The position numbers were made by a program, and so were the translations under genes. From contig NW_024704743.1 of assembly GCF_018977255.1 (NCBI RefSeq), positions 70,620,001-70,684,000 on the forward strand: a DNA stretch of 64,000 nucleotides. Reading direction: 5' to 3'. The notes under the pieces are model-generated. The model saw only the letters and a list, made by a program, of their open reading frames with translations, made no database searches and was not told the origin of the DNA. Shown in pieces: positions 1-11,413 of this stretch. Origin of the DNA: Callorhinchus milii (lineage: Eukaryota). The number at the start of each line of letters is the position of its first letter. The first letter of the stretch is position 1.

Positions 1-138
1 CAGTTGTGGACTCCTAGATTAACACTTCCCATCTCTTTGTCAATATTGAAAATTAGATTCAGTGAGCATCCTGGAATCCTCTTCATTGGTTGGTACTTTT
101 ATAATGAAGAGAAAGTGTAATGCTCTATGTAAACAACA

Positions 139-200
139 ATAACAATAACTTGCATTCCTATAGCGCCTCTTACATAGGGTATCGTTCCAGAGCGCTTAAA
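139..200 (-). mobile_element. L2/SINE-type 3' tail remnant
   Basis: Reverse strand reads AAGCGCTCTGGAAC...GGCGCTATAGGAATGCAAGTTATTGTTATTG, the 3' tail shared by the L2 and SINE copies in this window. Confidence 0.7.
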
Positions 201-1354
201 CAAGCATTTATATGGGATAAACACAACACGCAAGTTAGACGCCATTAGTTCATACATACTTGGGCTGAAATTGCCTATTAACCTTAACAAAATTGATGGT
301 TTTGGTCGCTCATAGAACTTTCTCTATTGTAAGCGTACATTGCAAGAGCGGCTACATAAAAGGCCAACTGGAATTTCAGCCTGACAGATTCAGTTGAGCA
401 GAATATTGTGATATTTTTGATACTTTATAGATATTCCAAAATGCATGCATTTTAAGTACTTTTTTTCTTAAAAGGTTTTGGTATAGGTGGGATTTCACTG
501 TCAATATCGTCTGCAAGGTTGGAAGCTCGGTTTTGAACATTCTAAACAACATATTGATAAACTAATGCTTCCTCAGTCTTTGTTATGTGCAGTTTACTGG
601 AAAACACTGTTAGCTCTGCATTATCTCTACTTGACTAGCAAAAAATGTGCAGGGATCAAAATGCGGTAAGAGAATACACCTTTCCAATAATACAATCTCA
701 GTTCAGTGATTTTAAAGCATGCTTTGTTTATAGCTGAAATGGAAACTCTTTAGAGCAGTGTAAGAGCTCACTGTGGATTTCTAATTGTCTCACCGAGGGT
801 GGGAATCATGTTTTGTTAACAGCGTCAGGTTTAGGTCACGACGGAACCTCTTGAAAACAGTCACAAATTAAAATTCTCATGAAATATTTACCAGCAGCTT
901 TTATCTCCTGCTGCTGTGCCAAACGACTGTTGTTTCCTACAGCCAAGTCTGCGCTACACCTCCAATGCCCCATTTATACTTTCACCCCCTGCAGAGACTG
1001 AATGCACTACTACTTAGGAGGATCCGAATGGAGTGATTCTTCAGGTTTAATGCGGAGGGTTCTATGATTCAATATATGCACAAAGAGGTATTAAATTAGG
1101 TGCCTGGCGGCTGCGATATCTTTCATCTTACAGCTGAAATCAGTCGGAAATTCACAACAGCCGTTTATACTAGTCCACAGATTTATTCTCCCCACCCTAA
1201 TTCCAAGCCAATGGGAGATAATATGAGCTTTCTGTTCGTAGCCCTGCAGTTGTTCATAGGAAGTAATGGAAGATTTTGTTACAAAATCTGATGAACTGAG
1301 TAACTAATTCCCTACACCTTATCTGATTCTAGACAGAGGGAAAAAAACAACCAA

Positions 1355-2270
1355 GGAGTTAGCCTAGCTCAGTGGATAGCAACAACAACAAAGAATTACA
1401 TTCAGAAAATGCCTTTCACGTTACGAGGACGGCCCACGGCACTGGATAGTCAGGGATTTAGACCCAATCAGGGGGGTTGGGATCAGGGCGGCTGGAGGGC
1501 AGGGAAGATAGGAGGGTGGCCGAATGCGCGGTCGAAGAGGAGGGTCTTGAGACATGCTTTGAAGAAGGAAAGGGAGGAAACGAGGTGAAGGGAGTGTGGG
1601 ATGGTGTTCCAAAAGGTGGGGCCAGAGAGGTTGAAGGCCCGATTATCCTTGGTCTGACCGCAGAGGGAGCAGACAAGTTGATATGGGATCAGCAGCTACC
1701 AGAGGTAGGAAGGAGCGAGGCCATGGAGGGAGGGCCTTGAAGGCGAGGACGAGGATTTTTAATTCTATCCTCTGGGGGATGGGGAGCCATTGGAACCAGG
1801 CGAGGGTGGGGGTGATGGGGTAACGGAGCCTGGTGCAGGAGAGGATACCAGCTGCCAAGTTCTGGATGATCTGCAGCTTATGGAGGGAAGAGTTGGTAAG
1901 GGGAAGAGAACTCTTGCCTTTGAGTCAGAAAGTCATGGGTTCTGGCCCCACATTGGGACTTTGAGCTCATAGTCAAGGCAAACCCTCCAGTTCAATGCTG
2001 GGAGAGCATTTTCAGAGATGCTGTCCTTCGGATGAGAAGTGAACATGTCTGGCCCTATTTGGCTGTTCAGATAAACATTAAAGATTCCTTGACACTATTC
2101 AAAAAGAGAAGGGAGTTTCTCCTGATGTCCTGACCAACGATCCTCCAGATAATAAGTGGTCATTCAGTTCACTTCTACTTGTGGGACATTGAGGAAATTG
2201 ATTGCTGTGTTCTCCGATGGATACATAGTCATTACAAGTTGCTGTATCAAATTCAAGGATTATTATTGAT
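1355..2270 (+). mobile_element. Old tRNA-derived Deu-domain SINE, interrupted by an L2 at 1381-1909
   Basis: A-box TAGCTCAGTGG at about 1365; head resumes at 1910 (ACTCTTGCCTTTGAGTCAGAA); Deu-type core TTAAAGATTCCTTGACACTATTCAAAAAGAGAAGGGAGTTTCTCCTGATGTCCTGACCAA; tail CAAGGATTATTATT. Confidence 0.8.
1381..1909 (-). mobile_element. L2 LINE, 5'-truncated 3' end (ORF2 C-terminus, 3' UTR, TTG tail)
   Basis: Minus ORF ...PITPTLAWFQWLPIPQRIELKILVLAFKAL is the typical L2 post-RT motif; (TTG)n tail at 1381; similar to the other L2 copies here. Confidence 0.9.
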
Positions 2271-2397
2271 AGAGAGCCTTTTTAAAATTACAGCATTGCT
2301 TGATACCTTTTCTACCTTTTATTCAAAAGGTGTGGTGATCGTCAATTGTGTTTTGGACGCCTACACATGGTATGCAGGTGCCAGTATACAGGAGAGT

Positions 2398-2490
2398 GGA
2401 ATTATGTTAAGAAGTTTATGTGGAGAAAAACATCAGTGCAGATTTAATGGGCTGAATGGTCTGTTACTTGTTTCTGTACTGTTATACTCT
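2398..2490 (+). mobile_element. CR1-type 3' tail remnant
   Basis: ATGGGCTGAATGGTCTGTT...TTTCTGTACTGT, like the CR1 tails at about 12740 and 57260. Confidence 0.55.
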
Positions 2491-2585
2491 AAGATTTTCT
2501 CTTTTAATATTAACTGTTAAGCTTGGCTTGCCTTTATTTCATTTATAGGTGTATGAAAACTTGAATCAAAACACGTTAGAAGCTA

Positions 2586-2692
2586 ATAATAATAATCGTT
2601 GCATTAGATATAGTGCTTTATCATGTCGTTGAGACATCTCAAAGCGCTTCACAGAATGTACTGTAAAATGAATTGACTGTGTGTTTTGTTGG
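2586..2692 (-). mobile_element. SINE 3' fragment
   Basis: Reverse complement of ...CTGTGAAGCGCTTTGAGATGTC...GCACTATATCTAATGCAACGATTATTATT. Confidence 0.8.
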
Positions 2693-2832
2693 AGCTACTC
2701 TCCTCTTTGGGAATGAACTCACACAATTTTTCGCTTATTAGAAAATTAACTGATCCTGGTGGTGTGAGTTTATAATGGGAAGTATTATTATAAGCGCACA
2801 ATCTCATATATCAGTGAAGTTATCAAGTGATA

Positions 2833-3030
2833 AGTTTACCCCAGTGTCCTGGCCAACAATCCTCCTTTAAAATTGATCATTTACTTCATGACTGTTTGTT
2901 GGATATTACTATCGGCAGAATTGGCTGCTGCATTTGCCTACAACATACACAAAAATCCTGTGAAGCACTTTCAAGCTTTCTCCCGACATGAAAGACGCTA
3001 TACCAAATATAAGTATAATAAGATTATTAT
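2833..3030 (+). mobile_element. Deu-SINE 3' half
   Basis: GTGTCCTGGCCAACAATCCTCC...GAATTGGCTGCTGCATTTGCC...CTGTGAAGCACTTT...tail. Confidence 0.8.
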
Positions 3031-3079
3031 GATGTCATAGATATAGATTTTATGGACTGGGAGTTTGCTGGTTCAAATA

Positions 3080-3385
3080 TTGTGCAAAGTTAGCTGGGGC
3101 TATATACGGAGGCTAAATTGACCCCGGTCTTCCCAAATTAGGGAGCAGAAAACCAGCTAGACTTTTCCTGCTCCTGATCTCTATACAGAACCCGCTCCTG
3201 TTTGTGCCTGTGTATGAACAGTACAGGCTCAGCTGATGCTCTCTACGATTAAGTGACCTTCCACCACTCACTGCAATGGTCCCTTGGGTAGGGTCCCAGA
3301 GAGCAACCAGCTCCTGTGGAACTGCACCTCAACCCAGAGGGGGCCAGATCCAGAGGAGTGAACTAGTGGGGAAAGAATTAGAAAC
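3080..3385 (+). mobile_element. Ancient SINE-like repeat (AmnSINE2-like)
   Basis: AAAACCAGCTAGACTTTTCCTGCTCCTGATCTCTATACAG...CACTCACTG...CCTGTGGAACTGCACCTCAAC...CAGAGGAG; related segments at 36320-36550 and 37180-37900; family name recalled from consensus. Confidence 0.5.
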
Positions 3386-3699
3386 ATAACTGGCCAAACT
3401 AATTGTAAAACAAAGGTTATCTTACTTCTTGCATAAAGAATGAATTCTTTTATAACAGCTCCTCATGTCTCACATTATTTATCAATATTTTCCCTGATCG
3501 ATAGATTCTTGTCAAATTAAATTAACTTGATCTAATGCGTTAGTTAATTCTAAAAATAAAATTTGATGTATCCTTGGATCTTGGCAGATTGACAAATTAT
3601 TCTGGTCAAAAATTTCAACATTGGGAATCATTAGTCAATTGCACGAAATGCTGACATTATTTTTATGTTGCATTTTTTATTGCCTGATTTAGAGCTTTG

Positions 3700-4235
3700 T
3701 TCATAACAGATCACAAAAAATGTTTGGATAAAGAAGGCACTTTGATCCTCTGACCCATTTGAACTAATTCTACCCAACTATCTTCCCATTATTAATGTCT
3801 ACCCAACATCTTCCCATTATGGCATCAAACCGTTTCTTAAATGAGTTAAATGTCCTGGCCTCAACCTCCATTTAGTAATCTGTTTTAGAAGAAACAACAT
3901 GATTTATATAGTGCCCTTCAGCTGGAGGAGTATCTCAAAGCAGTGGTGATCCCATGCTTGAAGAAATACTACCAGGTGTCCAAATGCTTCCAATTGTCCT
4001 TCACAGGCCTGAACATGCTCCGAGAAATGTTGCAGACTCGATGGGACGAACAGTCACCTTCTGTGATGTATATTTCTATGATTCTATTTTATGTCATCTA
4101 TTGTGCTGCTGTCTTAGTTTATCTGAAAGTATTTTTCTGGTTAATGTTTTCCATCTCATTAATCTTATATACCCCTATACATTGTCTGGCTATAAAAGGT
4201 ACTCTTCCAATTCTCAGTTTCATTGACCTATTGTG
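3700..4235 (-). mobile_element. Old CR1 3' fragment, with a short tandem duplication at 3768-3821
   Basis: Minus-strand CR1 3' motifs (TTCTTAAATGAG...GCCTCAAC, TTGAAGAAATAC, TTAATCTTATATACCCCTATA); TCTACCCAAC(T)ATCTTCCCATTAT occurs twice. Confidence 0.55.
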
Positions 4236-4642
4236 TTAAGATAAGTGGATTGCATTCCTTCCACTGTTGAAGAATTTGGGGGGGACCCATGAGTAATTTC
4301 TAAGTGCCACTGAACCTCCTCCTCCCCCCCTCAAAAAAAAGACCCAGCATTCTTGTGACTTCCGAATAATTTAAACTCTTGCTTAGTGATTTTCTTTAGA
4401 ACTACAGTAGTTATTTGTCAGATATTAGTAGGTATTTGTCACCGTCCCCTCTGAGTTGGAAGGTTCAAATCACATGTGAAATGTTTCCTTTTTGATCTTT
4501 TTTCAGTCACTGTCCCTCTCTTTTCAGCTCAGCATCAAACTCCCAAGACTCAACCCATATACCCAGATAAAGGGCACTATATAAATGCAAGTTGTTGTTG
4601 TTATTGATATTAGCCCTTACACCTTCAAGATTATTTTACCAT

Positions 4643-4797
4643 TTTTTTTAAATTTAAGATTGTATGAATCATGAAAAAATCTTAAATTCACTCCTAATGT
4701 GGAAACTGGTTCTTTTGAATAACTGCAGAAAACCAGTTTCTACATTAGGGCTGAATTTAAGAATTTTGCACAATTCTCATGATTTTAAATTTGAAAA
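4643..4797. repeat. Imperfect AT-rich palindrome (fold-back family)
   Basis: CTTAAATTCACTCCTAATGTGGAAACTGGTT pairs with AACCAGTTTCTACATTAGGGCTGAATTTAAG; arms extend to about 4643 and 4797. Confidence 0.85.
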
Positions 4798-5726
4798 TCA
4801 CACAAAGCAATACCCATGCAGACTAAGATTAAATTCAATTTAGGTCTCAGTACTGTAAGTAGTCCTCCAAAGTACCATTTGCCCTGGCCTATATAATTTT
4901 TCAAATTTTTCTCAAATATCAGTACTACTGGATTTAACTGGTATTCCAGTGATCTTTTTGTTACTTGTGTATAATGGTATTTACTGCTATAAACAAGTAA
5001 TAAACATTTCATAATGGACCCCGATGCTCAGATTTTGTTTTGGAGGGAATTCTGTTGAGAAAATGGGTTGACTGATCCCGCTGTTGTAATTGCATCAAAA
5101 TATTTTAGAACTAGTTGCATAATTACACACTTTTGTTTCATCAAGGGTCTTTGTATTTTCCTTCCCATGAATGCAGTGACTTTGGATAGACTTAATAATA
5201 TAATATTATTATTAAACTTGTAATAAATCATTTGAAAATCTTAATAATCAAATAGATTAACTCAACATGGCATTCAAACAGTAACCATTTCAGTTGAATG
5301 CTTAAAATTGAGTGTGAACCAGGAGTGCTTCAGAAACGACCATTATAAGTCATTGTTCAGATGAGAAAACTGGTGTCGCAACCCAGAAATATATGTGAAG
5401 CTGGAATCTTTCCTGTTGGTACCTGCCCTGTATTGACAAATTTCCATTCTTGATGCATTACACATCAAGTCATATGTGCAATCCTACATTCTACTGTATT
5501 TATGGGTTGGATTAAGTGGGCTACCTTTTTGGGTTATGCATAAAGCAACACCAACATTATGTGTGGGGAACATATCTTTTTGAGGTTTGCCATGCCATTT
5601 AATGAATGCTAGCTCTCTTTTTCCACAGGATGCATATTCTCAAAATGTACCATTTTTATTGCTGGATACAATGCAATGAAGTAGAATTTGGGTCTACAGA
5701 AAAATTGGCAATTACTGTAGTGTTCA

Positions 5727-5820
5727 TTTTTTTTGTCAGCCGAGTATTTGACACATGCAGAAACCCATACCCATTGAGTATTTAAACCAGATTGAAAGTT
5801 CCACATATGCATGGAAATTT
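5727..5820 (-). repeat. Unclassified repeat, module A
   Basis: Reverse complement ATGGGTTTCTGCATGTGTCAAATACTCGGCTGACAAAA matches 52960-52997. Confidence 0.75.
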
Positions 5821-7399
5821 TCCTTTATTGCTCATTATGGTGTTGAAATGTTAGTGCAATCTACAAAGAATTACTGCCGTGTTTGCAGCTGCTGCATATT
5901 CTACATATAGACTCTGCTTCAGCTATAGGCCGTTCCACCACTGTCCTCATGAAATAGTGATCTACATGTAAGTGGAAATTTTGAGAGCTTGATTTTTTCA
6001 CAGTTAAGATTTCTCTAAACCCTACACTGTATCATCATCAGTATTTACTGTTTTTATCTCTTCCTTTTATTCTGTTGTAAGTGAATTGAGCCTTTCTTCA
6101 TGTCAAGAAATCTAATCACATACGGTTGACTGGAGATTTTTTTCGACCAAAATGCGTCATTAAAAGACTGTGACTAAAAAGGCTCATGAATTGTACAGTG
6201 TCTCTTTTAGCTGTCCTATTTATGCAGCAGGGTGGCACTGAATTATTGTGAAATGTACACAGCATCTGAGTGAACATATTACACTACTACACATCTCAGT
6301 GTTGTGTTTGTGAAACCGAACAGCTGTCTGGCTGCTTTCGCCCTCTAATTCATTGAAATTCAATTAGTCTTTCATAATAATATTATAGTACACAATAATC
6401 CCTTTTATTCTAATTTCTTCATCTGATTTATTTTCTACTTAGACCAGAAGGTTATAATAAAGATTAAAAATCACCATGTAACTTCTGACCAGCAAAACAC
6501 AATACTGGAGGTCCTCAGGAATATACAGTATTATAAAAACATGCAGGTATGTATAATAAATTAAAATGTACTACCCTCATTTATTCTGCATTCAGGATGC
6601 ACAAACCTGAGTGAGCACAAATACCATGAGCTGCTGCAGTATTTTTGCATGGGGTTCCAGGCTCAATTCTGGGCACATTTACTGGTAACTGTCAATTAAC
6701 TGTTGGTTAGCTGTATCAATTAGTATGCTATTTGCAATTGGGGCTCGACTTGCAAATGATCGAATTTCCATTCATGCAAAATCATCGTGAAATTTTGTAG
6801 AAGTCCAATAACATTACAGGGATTTGCCTGTTTAAGATCTGTGTTTAATACTGTGCAGTTTCAGCCCTCAGATCCCTTTCAAATGTCAAGACGGGTTAAA
6901 CAGCACAGACTGTCATCTATTTTAAAATGATCTCTATCCTATTCTTATTGAAGCAGTAATAATGTGGTGGATGTATTTCAAAGAGCATGGGTGACCATTT
7001 GATTTGGAATAAGTAATAGAGCTCTCTATTCTTAGGGTCCAGGAAATTACCTTATCAGGAGGTAAGAACAAGCTGCATTAGTTCTTAATGGGATTCCTGT
7101 TAGAATTCCCATCAATGGTGAGAACTCTGCTCAAGAAATACAGTATATCGTGGATCATTTAAAGATCACATATTGAACCTCATCTAATCCCACTTTCTCA
7201 CTTTAATAATCCTTACATTTGATGTAACGGCCTTTCATGTTCGTCTCAAAGTGCTCCACAGAATACACTGTAAAGTGGAGTGACTGTGTACTTCACTACT
7301 GTTTAGTTTCCCCTATCGGTGGTATAATTCATGTAAGACTTTGCTAGACTCTCTTCAAAGTTATGTACTCTTTCTGTAATTTAGCACCCAAAATTGCAC

Positions 7400-7780
7400 A
7401 CAGTACATGTGTATGCAGTATAAATGCCCTCGGCAGCTATATGTACATATACATTCCTGGTTTTAAATTCTATATTCTACGCCTCAGCATTATATTTGTC
7501 AATATCCTCTGCACTTGTCAAATAGATGTTAATGTTTTGTTTACTAGTACAGCCAAGTTCCCTCATTCATCTGTTTTCCTAGAGCTTCGCCAGTTAAACT
7601 TATAATTCCAACCTCTATTTTTATGGCCAAGACTCATGACCTCACATCTGGCTACATTGAACTGTTTGCCATACTCCTGCCCACTCACCCAATATGCTTG
7701 CAGAGCTTTGCACTGATCTTTGCAGCTCCCCACCAGAACAAATCTTCTCATTGGCATGACTTGGATTCCTTATTAAGAAC
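7400..7780 (-). mobile_element. CR1 ORF2 fragment, C-terminal to the RT core
   Basis: Minus ORF KQFNVARCEVMSLGHKN resembles CR1 MxFNVxKCEVMHFGxKN. Confidence 0.8.
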
Positions 7781-8119
7781 TAGACTCCAGTATCCAAACA
7801 GAATGAAGAGAAATTGAACTATTTAGCAATAAAGCCAACTGAGACTCCACAACCAGAGGCTTCTATCTATTAATAAGATAACAGATGCTTAAATGTGTTT
7901 ATGCTTGCAACGTGCCAACATCTTCTTTACCTAAAAGATGGTGATAATCACCATTAGTGACAATTCTTTAATGACTGTACCTCCAGGTATTTCTCGAATA
8001 ATCTCATATATAAAAGTTTTGTAAAATGTTATGTTTTATTCAGCATTCAGCACTGAGCTTTATGACTTATTTGCAAGGTGGGATGTTTAGATACAATTGT
8101 CGATTGTATGAAGTATTCA

Positions 8120-8890
8120 AGATGATGTCTGACCAGAGCACTATCTGGGAATGTCTGGGAATCGCAACTCAACTAATTTAGCAGGATAGCCCGGCATCCC
8201 GTTTGCTTTATTTAATGCTACCTCACACTGTTTTGACACAATGAGTGATACAACTAACACCCCTAGATCTCTTCCAGATATGCTTAACAAGTGCTATCCC
8301 ATCTATGGAATACTTGTGTTTCCTCTTCTTGGATCCTATATTTAGTGCCTTGTAATTATCTGTATTAAACTGATTCTACAGTTTGCCCCAGCATGATGTA
8401 ATTTGCAAATGTAATTATCTTACACTGGATTTGTCAATTCAGGTCATTAATATATACAAGGAACAGGAGGGGTCCCAATAGAGATCCCTGATGCAACATT
8501 TTGTACCTCTCCCTATTTGACCTCTCTCTAACTGAGACCCTCTACTTCCTTTCTTTCAGGTAATTCTGAATCCAATTTATATCTTGCTCTTGATGCACAG
8601 TGACCACAGTTTGTGAAGGAGTTTTTCATGAGTTTTTTTTATCAAACTCCTTTTTGGAAATCTAGATATATTACATCAAATGGCTTCCAACAACTTGGGC
8701 TGTCACCTCCTCAAAGTGTCTGAGATTGATCAGACAAGACCTATCCTTTCCGATCCCATGCTGGCTGTCAATTATTAGGTTATTTTTATATAGGTAATCT
8801 TCCACTTCCTTTCTGAAGATGGACTCCATAATTGTTCCTATTATTAAAGTCAGGTAATGGCTCTACAGTAGCCAGGTTTAGTTTTGAGCA
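8120..8890 (-). mobile_element. CR1 RT-domain fragment (decayed)
   Basis: Minus strand carries remnants of NYRPITLT, DSQHG...RSCL, DVIYLDFQK and the GxxQGSxLGPLLF region. Confidence 0.85.
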
Positions 8891-9095
8891 GCTGTCAGCA
8901 TGACAGAGCAACCCGACTCCACAACTATCAGTTTATTTGTTAAAACTTACCTACCTTAAGGACAGTTTATACATAGGCACGTGTCTATAAAAACACTTTT
9001 TGTTCATTTTGCCCATTTTAACAACCTGAATCACTGAGACTTTAACAGTCAGGCAGAGCCTCACAGAAGTCAATGTCTATCATTTCTACTCACAG

Positions 9096-9191
9096 AGATC
9101 TTTCCACTGGCCGAGGGCGAGCTTTCCCGTGATACCAGCCTCTCATCATGAGAGGCCACTGAGCATCCCCAGCGCTGGCTGAGCGATGCAG
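9096..9191 (+). other. Candidate spliced exon (96 nt; 5'UTR/start exon or non-coding)
   Basis: Acceptor TCTATCATTTCTACTCACAG, donor CAG|GTAAGT, locally GC/CpG-rich; stops in all three frames but ends in gcgATGCAG. Confidence 0.45.
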
Positions 9192-9282
9192 GTAAGTTTG
9201 TTCCAATGATAGATCTGATATTTTATTGAGTGGGATGTATAGAATGTGACTTTATATGCTAAAAGTGAAGTGATCCCAGCAA

Positions 9283-9350
9283 CTTGGGACGTCCTCCAGA
9301 CGTGAAAGGCACTATACAAATGTAATTTTGTTGAATTTTGTTGTTGTTGA
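9283..9350 (+). mobile_element. L2 extreme 3' tail
   Basis: TTGGGACGTCCTCCAGACGTGAAAGGCACTATACAAATGTAA...TTGTTGTTG. Confidence 0.85.
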
Positions 9351-10074
9351 TCCAATAAAGCGGAGGAGATCTCTTATTCACATTTTGCATAGGAAGCGGC
9401 CAGGACATTGACAGCATGATGATATAAATCATGTGGTGGCATAAGCTGGGGTCTTATTATCAGGAATTCACTATATATATATATATACACACACACATAT
9501 ATAAAGTCCCGAAGTTGGGCTCAAACCAACAATCTCTAACTCAAGCTGACACCTACCTATTTCTGAAGAAAAGCACTAAACAAAAGATTAAATTATTCAG
9601 AAGTGGCAAAAATAATTAGTTTTTTTTAGTGGGGTGGAGGAGGTTCAAAATGACTTACAAATTAGTCCTGGGTCCTCCAAAATCCTTCAACAGTGCAAGG
9701 AATACAATCCAGTTGCCTTTAAAAAATAGGTCAGTGAGACTGAGAATTGAAAGAGTACCTTTTGTAGCTAATAGAAGCATGCCCCCAGTAAACTGTTCAT
9801 GCCTAAGCAACATCTGGAAACAGCATTACCAGGCACAGAGGAACAGTCCTCTGTGGTGTACAGAGGCTTCCGCCAGTCTCTGAGACAGGTTTAAAATGTG
9901 GGAAATAAGTTACTGAAGTTGTCAGGTAAAAAGTAATTAAGCCAATGTTTGCTGGGTAGATCAAGACAAATGTGCAGTTCCATCATTTTCTACACTTAGT
10001 TGTCAGGGACGGCTTTTAGAGATATCTATCTTGTGAGCACTCAAACCGGAGCTTGTCAGATACATAAATACAAG

Positions 10075-10195
10075 CTAGTGACGATCCTCCTGGGGAGGAA
10101 AATGGAAGTAAGGGGTTGTTTGGGTGCTGACCTGGCTCCAGGGTGACATACTTGGCAATGGGTTTCTGCATGTACCCAGCTCACCAATAAACATA
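10075..10195 (+). repeat. Unclassified repeat, modules C+A
   Basis: GGGGAGGAAAATGG...TTGGGTGCTGACCTGGCTCCAGGGTGACATACTTGGCAA matches 52440-52500, followed directly by the module A core TGGGTTTCTGCATG. Confidence 0.65.
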
Positions 10196-10582
10196 TTGTA
10201 TAGAGACTGGGAATGACCTATTTTTGCTTCTGAATGGAAAGCAACAATGCGGCTATTATTGCCACTGCACCACCAGTAAGGATTAAAGAGAGCCAATGGA
10301 CACAGCATTGAGAAAGAGTGCATTGCAGAATTGAAACAAAACAGATGAGAAGGGATTAAAGGCTTATCTATTTGCATGATAATACATTCCTGGTGCTAAT
10401 TGCAAGGTTAAACTTGAGGCAATTCTCACATTGAGCAAGATATGAGAATGTTTACTTTCAAGATAAAATGTATCTCAGAGAATGGCATTAACCAGAAATG
10501 TCCCAGATTACAACAGTCACTGCACGTGTAATCGCATGCATTGGAGGCTCACGGATTGGTCAGGAAGGAGCACGCTGCACCT

Positions 10583-11405
10583 TCCTCATGTCGGGCAGAC
10601 GACCCAAGGTGCTGAACAGTCGGGGATCAGGGCCTGAGTGTGGGGGGGCAGGGTTGGGATGAGGGAGGGCAGAGAGGTAGGAGGGCGGCTGAAGGCACGG
10701 TCAAAGAGGGTCTTGAGTTGTGCCTTGAAGGAGGCAAGAGAGGGAACAAGGTGAAGGGTCTGCGGGATGAAGTTCCAAAGGGTGGGGGCAGAGATGCTGA
10801 AAGCCGATGGTAGGATGGGTTGGGCAGGAGACATGGGACAGGCTGGAGCCTGCTGAGAGGAGGGAGCGGACAGGTTGATAAGAGTCAGAAATGTAGGTCT
10901 GGGCAAGGCCATGGAGGGCCTCGAAGGTGAGGACGAGGATTTTGAATTCTATCCTGAGTGATGGGAAGCCAGTGGAGCCAGCGAGAGTGGGGGTGATGGG
11001 TTCATGGACCCTGGTGAGGGGAGAGGACATGAGCTGCAGAGTTCTGGATGATCTGCAGCTTGTGTTGGGAAGAGTTGGGGAGGCCGACAAAGAGGGAGTT
11101 TCCTTAGTCGAGTCTTGAGGTGATGAATGTGTGTACGAGGGTTCCGGTGGCCTGAGGGATGAGGCAGTGGCGGAGGTGGGGGAAGGCAGAGCTGGTCATG
11201 ATACGGATATGGGGGACAAAGGACAGTTGAGGGTTGAACAAGAACCCCAGCTTCCTGACTGGCTTGGTGAGGTGGCGTGTGCATCTGTGGATGCTGCCAG
11301 TGCCTGAAGTGCGGAGGCGCTGGCGTGAGCCAATCAGAATGGCCTCAGTCTTGCTGACATTCAGCTCTAGAAAGTTGGATCTCATCCAGGACTTGATGTC
11401 TGACA
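10583..11405 (-). mobile_element. L2 LINE, 5'-truncated
   Basis: Minus ORFs SDIKSWMRSNFLELNVSKTEAILIGS...LVHTFITSRLD and RIEFKILVLTFEALHGLA, plus the L2 3' UTR. Confidence 0.92.
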
Positions 11406-11413
11406 CAGTCAGG

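Noticed and set aside
7034..7061. Other short AG...GT pairs (about 639-665, 7034-7061, 18205-18219, 54797-54950, minus 22790-22965)
   Set aside because: Expected by chance in 64 kb; they are stop-containing or very short and lack further support.
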